Sequence record: SRR20825019_2329
Strand: one strand, 5' to 3'
Length of the DNA stretch: 57,020 nt
Positions 20,240 through 28,362 of this stretch are shown here, piece after piece. Within the stretch, counting starts at the first letter, position 1. Each line of letters opens with the position of its first letter. The notes below the pieces were generated by a model. That model saw only the letters and a program-made list of their open reading frames with translations. It ran no database searches and was not told the origin of the DNA. The position numbers were made by a program, and so were the translations under genes.

Positions 20240-20430
20240 ATGCCTAACCTCTGAACTCTCGCAGACAGATGGGAATGGGGTGCAGCCATACGGAGTGACG
20301 CCAGCTAATGGTGACCTCGGGTTCGCGCGATCAGTGTCCCGATCTGTCTTGTTCTGTCGAGGTCTGCCAGCCCCTCGGATGATTGGTCAGCCGAAACAAC
20401 GGTAGTTTTCCTGACTCTATCACGAGCCAC
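20240..20430 (-). other. Structured non-coding element, possibly an orphan IS110-family non-coding end (bridge-RNA-like)
   Basis: Long stem 20263-20274/20337-20349, hairpin 20358-20377, extended -10-like TGATAGAGT at 20422-20414; the IS110 resemblance is from memory and unverified. Confidence 0.4.
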
Positions 20431-20448
20431 AGGGTTATAGCGTTTTGC

Positions 20449-20778
20449 CTATTTTTCTTTTGGGCTCAAAAGACTGTCGAGCTCGCTAAGGCGCGACGAC
20501 CACAGGGTTCGTTGCTCGTCAATCCACGCCGCCGCCTCATCTAGCGGTTCTGGCGCAAGGGAGAGTACATGTTCGCGCCCATTCTTCTGCCGCTGTACAA
20601 GCTTGGCTCGTTCAAGGATGCGGATGTGTTTCGATACTGAATTCAGCGATATATCAAAGGGCGCGGCAATCTCCGTCACGCGTGCTTCACTTTGCAGTAG
20701 CCGCCTGAGGATTGACCGTCGGGTAGGGTCCGCTAATGCGATTAGTGTTTGATCCAGTGTTGACTCTTTAACAATCAT
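20449..20778 (-). CDS. ArsR/SmtB-family transcriptional regulator
   Basis: ALADPTRRSIL...VSKHIRILERAKLV...GRE. Confidence 0.92.
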   Translation of the reverse strand: MIVKESTLDQTLIALADPTRRSILRRLLQSEARVTEIAAPFDISLNSVSKHIRILERAKLVQRQKNGREHVLSLAPEPLDEAAAWIDEQRTLWSSRLSELDSLLSPKEK

Positions 20779-20784
20779 CTATAA

Positions 20785-20804
20785 ATTCACCCATATGGAT
20801 TAAT
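20785..20804. promoter_or_regulatory. Imperfect palindrome, candidate ArsR autoregulatory operator
   Basis: ATTCACCCATATGGATTAAT (16/20 self-complementary) immediately upstream of the arsR start. Confidence 0.5.
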
Positions 20805-20890
20805 ATAACATAAAGCCCTCAGAGGCGCAACTAATAAACGTTGGATTAATGCGCCGCTTGCGGTGGGTCATCCATTTATACAGGGAGGAA

Positions 20891-21346
20891 ATGATAATGC
20901 GAATGTTAACGGCAATTGTTGTGGGGTGGCTGATAGCAGGAACACTGGACATCATTTATGCGATCACCGCACACGGGGTGCGGGGAGTGCCCCCGATCCG
21001 GATATGGCAGTCCGTCGCAAGTGGTGTGCAGGGGACGGATGCTTATTCGGGCGGGATGGCGTCTGCCATCCTTGGGGGTGGTTTGCACTATTTCATCATG
21101 CTGATTATGGCGGGTGTTTATGTGATTGCGGGCCAGGTTTTTCCTATCCTGACGTCAAAGCCCGTTGTTTCCGGCTTGGCTTACGGCGTGGTGCTGATGG
21201 CTGTGATGAACTATGTGGTGGTGCCTTTGTCGGCGGCAGTTCCGGGGAAGGTTCCTGAGGGGTGGTATTTTGTCGGCGCTTTGTTTGCGCACACTTGCCT
21301 TGTTGGCTTGCCTATTGCCTGGGCCGCAGCAAAGTTCTCCAAATAA
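20891..21346 (+). CDS. Hypothetical 4-TM membrane protein
   Basis: GGGAGG RBS before ATG 20891; four hydrophobic segments with His residues (LHY, AHT). Confidence 0.75.
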   Translation: MIMRMLTAIVVGWLIAGTLDIIYAITAHGVRGVPPIRIWQSVASGVQGTDAYSGGMASAILGGGLHYFIMLIMAGVYVIAGQVFPILTSKPVVSGLAYGVVLMAVMNYVVVPLSAAVPGKVPEGWYFVGALFAHTCLVGLPIAWAAAKFSK

Positions 21347-21369
21347 CGGTAGCGCGGGGCAGGTGGGAA

Positions 21370-21822
21370 CTAGTTGATCATCTTGGACAAGACACTGAAT
21401 TCTGCCTGCCAGCGTTCTTCGACAAAGCGGATAAAATCTTCCGCGCAGTCGCCCAGTTCATGGGTCAGGTTTAACTCGCAGCCTGTTTGGGTTTTCTCCA
21501 GTGTAACCGAGACCAGTGTTTTCTTATGGTCGCGAGCCGAAATCCAGCTGAAAACCAGCTGGTTGGGGCGGCTCACGTCATAATAGGTGCCATAATACTC
21601 GCAGGTTTGTTCGCCCTGCCGGACGACGAAGCGAAAAGAGCCGCCTTTTTGTGCGTCCAGCGTGAGGCTGATCACCTCTTCCTGCCGGATATCCGGATGA
21701 AACATCCAACGAGCAAGTACATCAGCATCAAGCCATGCATCAAACACGGTTTCCGGCGAAACAGAGAACTCGTGGCGCACGTGAGCGGTCGCAGACTTTT
21801 GTGCTTTGAAACTCGCTGTCAC
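21370..21822 (-). CDS. SRPBCC/AHSA1 domain protein
   Basis: PETVFDAWLD...WM, GGSFRF, LVFSW, LNLTHE. Confidence 0.88.
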   Translation of the reverse strand: MTASFKAQKSATAHVRHEFSVSPETVFDAWLDADVLARWMFHPDIRQEEVISLTLDAQKGGSFRFVVRQGEQTCEYYGTYYDVSRPNQLVFSWISARDHKKTLVSVTLEKTQTGCELNLTHELGDCAEDFIRFVEERWQAEFSVLSKMIN

Positions 21823-21941
21823 TAACGTGGTCTCCTAAATAACTTGAGCTCAGAGCTAAGCGAAGCCGCGACCCGTCGTCAAGATATTGATGGTTCCGCT
21901 GCTCAAATGTCGCTCCCGGACGGCAGTTTGGCTAACTTTCG

Positions 21942-22712
21942 TTAGTCGACCATCGTACTCATCAACAGTGTATGGGTGTGAGACAGGAGCTCGGTGCCAC
22001 CAATGTCCCCATGCCCGGGCACTACAATCTGAGCACCAGCGTATTTTTTTGTAAGCATGGCAATAACGACCTGCCATGAGGCAAGATCACCATCGGCAGT
22101 ATAGCCCGTGGTTGTCGCATCCATGGCTCTTATAGGGCAGCCGCCGACGAGTATCTTCTCGTTATCCAGCCATACCATGATGTTATCGGCCGCATGTGCA
22201 GGGCCGGGGTATATAACAGTGAGATTGCCGACCTTCATGGACGAGCCTGCGATGGCGATTTCGTCAAGGCTGTTCTCCGGCACAGGCTGGCCGTTCTTTT
22301 CTACTAACAGCCGGGTCATGGGGTGCGCGAATACCTGTATGCCAGCGTTCTGCATAAGAGCGACGCCCGCCACACGGTCATCATGATGATGAGTGACGAT
22401 CACTCGGGTGACAGGAAGAGCTATCTCGCTATCGATCTTTTGCAGCAGAGTTGCTGTGGATTCCTCGCCCCAGGCTGTATCGATCAGGGTGAGGGCATCG
22501 CCCTCTCTCACGATCAGCCCGTTAGATGGGTACCGGACGCCATTTGGGAAGGTGTGGTAGGAAGTATGGACCCAAACCTCCTTTGCAATCTCCTTGATCT
22601 CAACCTTATTGGTGTCGTCACTTAATGTATCCGCGGCTACGAGTCCGCTCATGACACATACAAAAAATAGTCCGCGCAGGACCGCCACACACACTGATTT
22701 CATGCTGCTCAC
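21942..22712 (-). CDS. Subclass B1 metallo-beta-lactamase, VIM-like
   Basis: Signal peptide; YPSNGLIV, IDTAWG, THHHDDR, GPAH..DN, GGC, PGHG, giving the complete B1 Zn1 (His/His/His) and Zn2 (Asp/Cys/His) ligand set. Confidence 0.92.
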   Translation of the reverse strand: MSSMKSVCVAVLRGLFFVCVMSGLVAADTLSDDTNKVEIKEIAKEVWVHTSYHTFPNGVRYPSNGLIVREGDALTLIDTAWGEESTATLLQKIDSEIALPVTRVIVTHHHDDRVAGVALMQNAGIQVFAHPMTRLLVEKNGQPVPENSLDEIAIAGSSMKVGNLTVIYPGPAHAADNIMVWLDNEKILVGGCPIRAMDATTTGYTADGDLASWQVVIAMLTKKYAGAQIVVPGHGDIGGTELLSHTHTLLMSTMVD

Positions 22713-23066
22713 CTAGAAGTCTTTGCCGTTGACCTGGTTAACGGGAAGGCTGTCCACGTCAATATTCTCAACGCATCGTATATTGATAGCGCGCACAGCA
22801 CTTCCGTCCGGCATTTTACCTTCGGCAAAGCTGTTTACACCACACGTTGAGCAGAAGAGGTGATGAATGGTTTTTGAGCCGAACTGGTAGTCTGTGAGAT
22901 TGTCCGCGCCACTTTTCAGTGAGAACTGGTCTGCTGGAACAAAGGTAAGCAGATGTCCTCGTTTGGCGCACAGTGAACAATTACAGGCCATGACATCGTT
23001 GATTTCACCGGTAAACTGATATTGCACGGCGCCGCAATGGCATCCGCCCTTGTATGTTTTCTGCAC
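22713..23066 (-). CDS. GFA/CENP-V family Zn-binding protein
   Basis: GGCHCGAV, CNCSLC, FCSTCG. Confidence 0.92.
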   Translation of the reverse strand: MQKTYKGGCHCGAVQYQFTGEINDVMACNCSLCAKRGHLLTFVPADQFSLKSGADNLTDYQFGSKTIHHLFCSTCGVNSFAEGKMPDGSAVRAINIRCVENIDVDSLPVNQVNGKDF

Positions 23067-23247
23067 GCAGTATCCCCTTGATTTTGTTGATTGGAGGCAT
23101 CATGCAGGCAAAATGAGGCTGAGCAAGGGCCAAAATAACGCCTCACAATGTGTTGATTGAACTTTGTACACAAACGGCCTCATAGGTCGTTTGTAGCTTT
23201 CCGATATACTGTTTGGCAGTTTTGAATCGCTATTGATATTTTCAGTT

Positions 23248-23275
23248 TTGACATTATTGCAATCGTTTGCATTAA
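23248..23275 (+). promoter_or_regulatory. Promoter with LacI-type operator candidate
   Basis: TTGACA at 23248-23253; TGCAATCGTTTGCA near-palindrome at 23258-23271. Confidence 0.5.
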
Positions 23276-23312
23276 TGAGCCATCGAGAAATTGTATTGGG
23301 CTGGAGCGGCGG

Positions 23313-24401
23313 ATGTCAGAGAAAAAATGGAAGAAAACTTGTCTGGGTGCTGTTCTGCTGATCGGGATTCATGCGGTTGTGGTTGGTGCGAATGACAGGG
23401 CGGCCGTGATAACAGAAGCCGGTACTGTCTCCATTCCTCGCTTTAGTCTTCCCATGTCGTCATATGCCAGTGACGCCGCAGGGCCCATGCTGCGCGGTAT
23501 CCTGACCGGCCCGCAAATGGGGATAACGGAAAAAATCGCAAACCTCAGGGCTCATTATGATGCCATCAATACGGCGCGGGCTGAGCGCATGAAAGATATG
23601 TACCCCGTCACAATTGAGCAAGACCAAATAGCTGGTGTTCGTATCCAAACTGTTGAGCCTGCGGGCGGGCCTGCGCGCGAGCATCAGGGTAAGGTGCTTA
23701 TAAACCTCCATGGTGGGGCCTTCATGTGGGGCGCTGGCAGTGGCGAGCTGGTTGAAGCGATCCCGATTGCAGCACAATCAGGGATGCGGGTTATCACTGT
23801 TGATTACAGAATGGCGCCCGAACATGTCTATCCTGCGGCATCGGAAGACGTGTTTGCTGTCTATAATGCGCTGTTGGCGGATTATGAACCGAAAAACATC
23901 GGCATTTACGGTTGTTCAGCGGGTGGTATTCTCACCGCTCAAGTGACGGCCTGGATTATTGAACACGGTGCCCGCACGCCGGGTGCGATTGGTACCTTCT
24001 GTGGCACAGGCGTTGACTATGCTGGCGATAGCAGCCAACTCGACCCTGTGTTTAATGGAGGAACGCCAGTTTCAGAGGGTGGCACAGCACTCACCATGAC
24101 CCGTATTCCCTATTTTTCGAAAGGCTCGGAGGGCAGCAAGGGAGTAGCGCCAGGGGAATTTCCTGATCTCCTGGAAAAATTCCCACCAACGCTTCTACTT
24201 GCCGGTAGCCGTGACTTTGCAGCAAGTTCCCTCACGGTGATGCACAGGCGGTTGGCAGCTGTTGGCGTGCCGTCACAGCTCTATTTATTTGACGGGCTGT
24301 GGCACGCGTTTTTCATGGATGCGGAACTCTCTGAATCGCAGGAAGCCTATCGGCTTATTGCAAGCTTCTTTACCGAAAACCTAGGTAAATCCGAACGCTA
24401 A
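23313..24401 (+). CDS. Exported alpha/beta hydrolase, hormone-sensitive lipase (family IV) esterase
   Basis: HGGAF oxyanion motif, DYRMAPEH, GCSAGG, GLWH. Confidence 0.88.
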   Translation: MSEKKWKKTCLGAVLLIGIHAVVVGANDRAAVITEAGTVSIPRFSLPMSSYASDAAGPMLRGILTGPQMGITEKIANLRAHYDAINTARAERMKDMYPVTIEQDQIAGVRIQTVEPAGGPAREHQGKVLINLHGGAFMWGAGSGELVEAIPIAAQSGMRVITVDYRMAPEHVYPAASEDVFAVYNALLADYEPKNIGIYGCSAGGILTAQVTAWIIEHGARTPGAIGTFCGTGVDYAGDSSQLDPVFNGGTPVSEGGTALTMTRIPYFSKGSEGSKGVAPGEFPDLLEKFPPTLLLAGSRDFAASSLTVMHRRLAAVGVPSQLYLFDGLWHAFFMDAELSESQEAYRLIASFFTENLGKSER

Positions 24402-24409
24402 AAGCGGTG

Positions 24410-24883
24410 TCAGGATTTCTCGATTTCACCGATATCCAAAATGGGCGAGGCGTCGAGATCCTCTGCGTCCATCATGGTGGAAATGCGTTGCAGCGCGCTC
24501 ACGAGCATCGTGCGCTCCCATTCTTCAAGCTGCCTGTATTGGCGCAAGAAACCCGCTTGCAGTAGCTCTGGTGCTTCTTCAAGCCGCTTTTGCCCCTCTG
24601 TCGTCAGGCATGCATAAACAATACGTTTATCGGTCTCACTGCGTTCGCGGCGAACAAGGTCTGCCTTTTCCAGCCTGTCGAGGATTGAGGTGATTGTGGC
24701 TTGGCTAAGCGCGACCGTGCGCGCCACCGAGCTTGGGGAGACTTTGCCATCTCGCCTGAGTGCCTGCATTACCACAAGCTGGGGCGCTGTTAGCCCGGAC
24801 ATTTTAACAAGGCGTTTTGACTGAAGGTCAATCGCGCGCATGATGCGGCGAATTGAGATCAGGATATCGTCATAATCGTTCAT
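24410..24883 (-). CDS. MarR-family regulator, EctR/CosR-like
   Basis: ILISIRRIMRAIDLQSKRL..GLTAPQL, SQATITSILDRLE, DKR, DASPIL; start could also be 24919. Confidence 0.88.
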   Translation of the reverse strand: MNDYDDILISIRRIMRAIDLQSKRLVKMSGLTAPQLVVMQALRRDGKVSPSSVARTVALSQATITSILDRLEKADLVRRERSETDKRIVYACLTTEGQKRLEEAPELLQAGFLRQYRQLEEWERTMLVSALQRISTMMDAEDLDASPILDIGEIEKS

Positions 24884-24947
24884 TGCTTGCTGACCTAGAG
24901 GTGGCTGGTCAGTTTGCATTAACGGTAAAACCATGGGGTGGCAATCC

Positions 24948-26186
24948 TTAAGACTTGTCTGTTGCCAGCTCAACAACACAGTCGAGCAGCAAATTGGTGC
25001 CTTGTTCAATGTCTCCCCAGTGCGTGAGCTCATCAGGAGCGTGGCTTACGCCGCCCACACTGGGCACAAAAATGAGGCCGGTTTTGGTGATGTTGCTGAA
25101 GAACTGAACATCATGACCGGCGCCGGAAGGCATGCGCATATAGCTATAGCCACGGTCGATCGTTTTCTGCTCTATCAGGTCTACAACTTCCTTGTCGCAA
25201 TACTGCGGTTCCAGCCAGCTCATTTGGTCATATTCAAACATCAGCCGGTGCCGCCGCGCGATGGTCGACAACACCCTGCGGCAGGCATTTGCCAGGCCCT
25301 TCATGATTTCAGGGTCGAGATCACGCCCAACAATGGTGAAGTCAACTTCGCCGGGCACTGTATGCGGAAAGCCCGGTTTGAGCGCCACATGCCCAATGGT
25401 AATGCGAGACTTATCCGTGCCTTCCTCGTCAATAATGCGTTGAATTTGGTGCGCGAAGTCGGCAAGCCCTAAAAAAGCGTCTGAGCGCATATTCATAGGC
25501 GCAGTGCCTGCGTGGTCAGCTTTACCAATCAGGCGCACGATCCATTTGAAGACGCCGGAGATGCCCTCAACAACGCCGATGGATTTTTTCTCTACCTCCA
25601 GTACGGGGCCCTGTTCGACGTGAATTTCAAGGAAGGCTTTCAGACTTTCAGGCGCTCGTCTGGCGTGCAGGACATCATGGTGGTTAAGGCCATGTTTTGC
25701 CATCGCGTCCTTCAGCATAATACCATTTTCGTCTTTGGCTTTTTCAAGCCAGTCAAGCGTGACACTGCCGGTTAGTGCCTGCGCCCCGAGCATGCCGCCG
25801 AAGCGGCCTTCCTCTTCGCTTGTGCCGACAATCTCAACCGGATAATCGAGCTTGATGCTATTCTCCTTGATAGTGCGAACACATTCAACACCAGCGATCA
25901 CGCCGAGCGTGCCGTCATAAATCCCACCAGCGGGGACAGAATCAAGGTGTGAGCCGATCATCACCGCAGGACGGTCCATTTCTCCGTATCGGCCGATGAC
26001 ATTACCGGCGCCATCCATGCGCGCGCTCATGCCCTCTTGCTCGAGTAGGTTGATTAGCCATTTCCGCGCCGCCATGTCAGCATCGGTGAAGCCTTGCCGA
26101 TACACACCCTTATCTTCTTCGTTAAATCCGAACTTCGAAAGTTCAAAAAGATCGTGTTCAATTCGTTTTATTGACACATTGACCAT
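24948..26186 (-). CDS. M20-family Zn amidohydrolase (N-carbamoyl-L-amino-acid/allantoate amidohydrolase type)
   Basis: GSHLDSV, EEEGRF, EIHVEQG, HAGT, GAGHD, SH; AAGGA RBS before ATG 26186. Confidence 0.92.
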   Translation of the reverse strand: MVNVSIKRIEHDLFELSKFGFNEEDKGVYRQGFTDADMAARKWLINLLEQEGMSARMDGAGNVIGRYGEMDRPAVMIGSHLDSVPAGGIYDGTLGVIAGVECVRTIKENSIKLDYPVEIVGTSEEEGRFGGMLGAQALTGSVTLDWLEKAKDENGIMLKDAMAKHGLNHHDVLHARRAPESLKAFLEIHVEQGPVLEVEKKSIGVVEGISGVFKWIVRLIGKADHAGTAPMNMRSDAFLGLADFAHQIQRIIDEEGTDKSRITIGHVALKPGFPHTVPGEVDFTIVGRDLDPEIMKGLANACRRVLSTIARRHRLMFEYDQMSWLEPQYCDKEVVDLIEQKTIDRGYSYMRMPSGAGHDVQFFSNITKTGLIFVPSVGGVSHAPDELTHWGDIEQGTNLLLDCVVELATDKS

Positions 26187-26428
26187 GTAGTGTTCCTTTG
26201 CTTTCGGCTCCTCGCGCATGGACCATAACGCGAAGGTGTGGTGAAGAACAAATGATTTGAATTCAAAATAATATTACAGTAAGTTGCCCATCGGCCGAGG
26301 CAGTGATTTGACAAAAATATAGGAAAAGGGTCGGGATAATCCGCGCTACAGCCCCATACCATTTAGTTTTAGCCGTAATAATATTATCATTTTTCGGAAC
26401 GCATCGCCCTGCATCCGCCGATGATCTT

Positions 26429-26797
26429 GTGCTTGCAGATAACGGGTTGTCTGCGGGTTATGCCACACTTGCGTGGCCAGGTGCCGCCGGCAGTTCATTT
26501 GTGCTGGAACAAAAGACAAGCGACGGCTGGCGTGAGGTCTATAAGGGCGCAGACCGTGCTTCTACCTTAAGCGGTTTAGCTGACGGCACATATCTATTTC
26601 GCCTAAAGGTTGAAAATGTGCCAGCTCCTCAGTTGCTTGAAATCACAGTGGAGCATCATCCGCTTGCCCGTGCGTGGACATTTTTTGCAATCGGTGCGGT
26701 CATGTTTGTTGTGCTCATAGGCCTGCTCATGAAGGGGCAAGGGCATGAGTACCGCCATTCTTTAGATAAGATATCCTCAGACAACGTGGAGCAATGA
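26429..26797 (+). CDS. Small exported protein, fibronectin-III-like beta-sandwich plus C-terminal TM anchor
   Basis: W...YKG...LSGLADGTYLFRL pattern; hydrophobic C-terminus; frame open upstream to 26312 with a signal-like segment. Confidence 0.65.
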   Translation: MLADNGLSAGYATLAWPGAAGSSFVLEQKTSDGWREVYKGADRASTLSGLADGTYLFRLKVENVPAPQLLEITVEHHPLARAWTFFAIGAVMFVVLIGLLMKGQGHEYRHSLDKISSDNVEQ

Positions 26798-26800
26798 TCC

Positions 26801-28246
26801 ATGATGAACGCTGATGCAGTTCTGCCAGCTGAAATAGCCTGGCTGATAATCGGTCTCTTTTCCCTATTGTGGGTTTGGCTAGGATGGCGGCTGGGCCGTA
26901 ACAACGATAGCCTGGAAGACTACATGCTCGCGGGCCGTAAGGTTGGTATGGGCTTTGCCGTCGCGACCGCGATGGCGACGTGGGTCACAAGCAATACCAC
27001 GATGACAGCACCACAATTGGCTTACCAACTGGGCATCTGGGGTATGGTTGGCTATTCCCTTGGTGCCGTTGGCCTCATGTTGTTTGCACCACTTGCGCGG
27101 CGTATCCGCGAAATGATGCCGGAAGGATACACAAGCGGTGATTTTATTCGTTTGCGATACGGCAAGACGGCTTGGCGCATATTCCTGCTGATTTCCTTCT
27201 TCTACAGCATCGGCTGGCTAATCAGCCTCGGCATGGCTGGTGGGCTTCTTATTAATGCACTCGCTGGTATCCCTTATGCTTACGGCATGACGGTGATTGT
27301 GGTGATCTGCACGCTCTATACGGTTTTTGGCGGCTTGAAGGCTGTGATCGGGACCGACTTCGTGCAAACTATCCTTATCCTCGTTGGTGTTGTTGCACTT
27401 GCGGTGTTGGTAATTGGCGAGGTTGGCTTTGAAGCAATCCATACGGAACTGAAAGCTGAGCGGCCCGAGCTTCTGAATCTATTGCTGCCTGCGTCTATTA
27501 TGTTCCTGTTCAACAACCTGTTTTTTGGTGTCGGCGAGATATTCCACTCCAACGTCTGGTGGTCTCGCGCTTTTGCTTTTGCGCCAGGGGTCGGTTTTCG
27601 GGCTTACGCGCTTGCGGGTGTTTTTTGGTTGCCAATACCCATTGTGGCTGGGCTGATTGCATTAGCGGCCCCCGCGCTTGGCATTAACGTGCCGTCACCG
27701 GACATGGTGGCGCCATTGGTGGCGGGCAAGCTCTTTGGTCTTGCTGGTGCCATTCTTGTGTTTGTGGTGGTTTTCGCGGCACTTGCGTCAAGCCTGGACA
27801 GCGTGCTTGCCGCAACCTCTGACCTGATTGTCAAAGACATTTACAAAGGTCATATCCGCCCGAATGCCAGCAATGCCGAACTTAGAAAGGCGGCGGTTGC
27901 CATCATTCTGGGCCTTGGTGCCCTGACGTGGGCCATGAGCCTGCCGAAGCTTGCGACACTGGGTTCGCTCTTGCATTTCACCGGCGCGTTTGTTGCCAGC
28001 ACAATCTGGCCGATTACGGTAGGGCTGCTGTTCAAGCGAGGCGGCGGTATGCTTGCCAGTCTGGCAATGGTGCTGGGTACGTTGAGTGGCCTTTATGCCT
28101 ATTTTTCTATTGGATTTTACGTCGCAGCTCTTGTGTCCGCGGCGGTGTCGATGCTCGTGATGCTCTTTGCATTCATGAGTAAGTCCGAATTTGAGTGGGC
28201 CCGCCTCGGCGAGGCTCGCTCTACTACAAATGGAGAACTTCCATGA
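26801..28246 (+). CDS. Sodium:solute symporter (SSS/SLC5; DUR3/PutP-like)
   Basis: DYMLAGR, RLRYG, GGLKAVIGTD, AALASSLDS; about 13 TM. Confidence 0.92.
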   Translation: MMNADAVLPAEIAWLIIGLFSLLWVWLGWRLGRNNDSLEDYMLAGRKVGMGFAVATAMATWVTSNTTMTAPQLAYQLGIWGMVGYSLGAVGLMLFAPLARRIREMMPEGYTSGDFIRLRYGKTAWRIFLLISFFYSIGWLISLGMAGGLLINALAGIPYAYGMTVIVVICTLYTVFGGLKAVIGTDFVQTILILVGVVALAVLVIGEVGFEAIHTELKAERPELLNLLLPASIMFLFNNLFFGVGEIFHSNVWWSRAFAFAPGVGFRAYALAGVFWLPIPIVAGLIALAAPALGINVPSPDMVAPLVAGKLFGLAGAILVFVVVFAALASSLDSVLAATSDLIVKDIYKGHIRPNASNAELRKAAVAIILGLGALTWAMSLPKLATLGSLLHFTGAFVASTIWPITVGLLFKRGGGMLASLAMVLGTLSGLYAYFSIGFYVAALVSAAVSMLVMLFAFMSKSEFEWARLGEARSTTNGELP

Positions 28247-28362
28247 TTTCCGTCGAAGGGCTTGAAGCCCTCGTGGTGCCGGCGCTCATCCTGACCTGCG
28301 TAGCACCTGTTGTTCTGATTTACCTTGTATGGCGTGATGTGAAGGAGAAAACGTTATGGTAG
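28243..28362 (+). CDS. 39-aa single-TM membrane peptide (not in ORF track)
   Basis: MISVEGLEALVVPALILTCVAPVVLIYLVWRDVKEKTLW; GGAG RBS; ATGA overlap with the SSS stop and overlap with the next start. Confidence 0.7.
   Translation: MISVEGLEALVVPALILTCVAPVVLIYLVWRDVKEKTLW

Noticed and set aside
20376-20397. Hammerhead ribozyme core (CGGATGA...GAAAC)
   Set aside because: The core should be CUGANGA, and I could not build convincing stems I-III
20127-20405. 92-aa + strand ORF across the CGNR-ArsR gap
   Set aside because: Overlaps the CGNR gene, has no clear RBS or motif; the gap is better explained as structured non-coding sequence
24948-26186. Beta-ureidopropionase partner of the dihydropyrimidinase at 1-939
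   Set aside because: It lies 24 kb away and is embedded in the carbamoyltransferase cluster; the family fits, but the context favours another substrate (not excluded)
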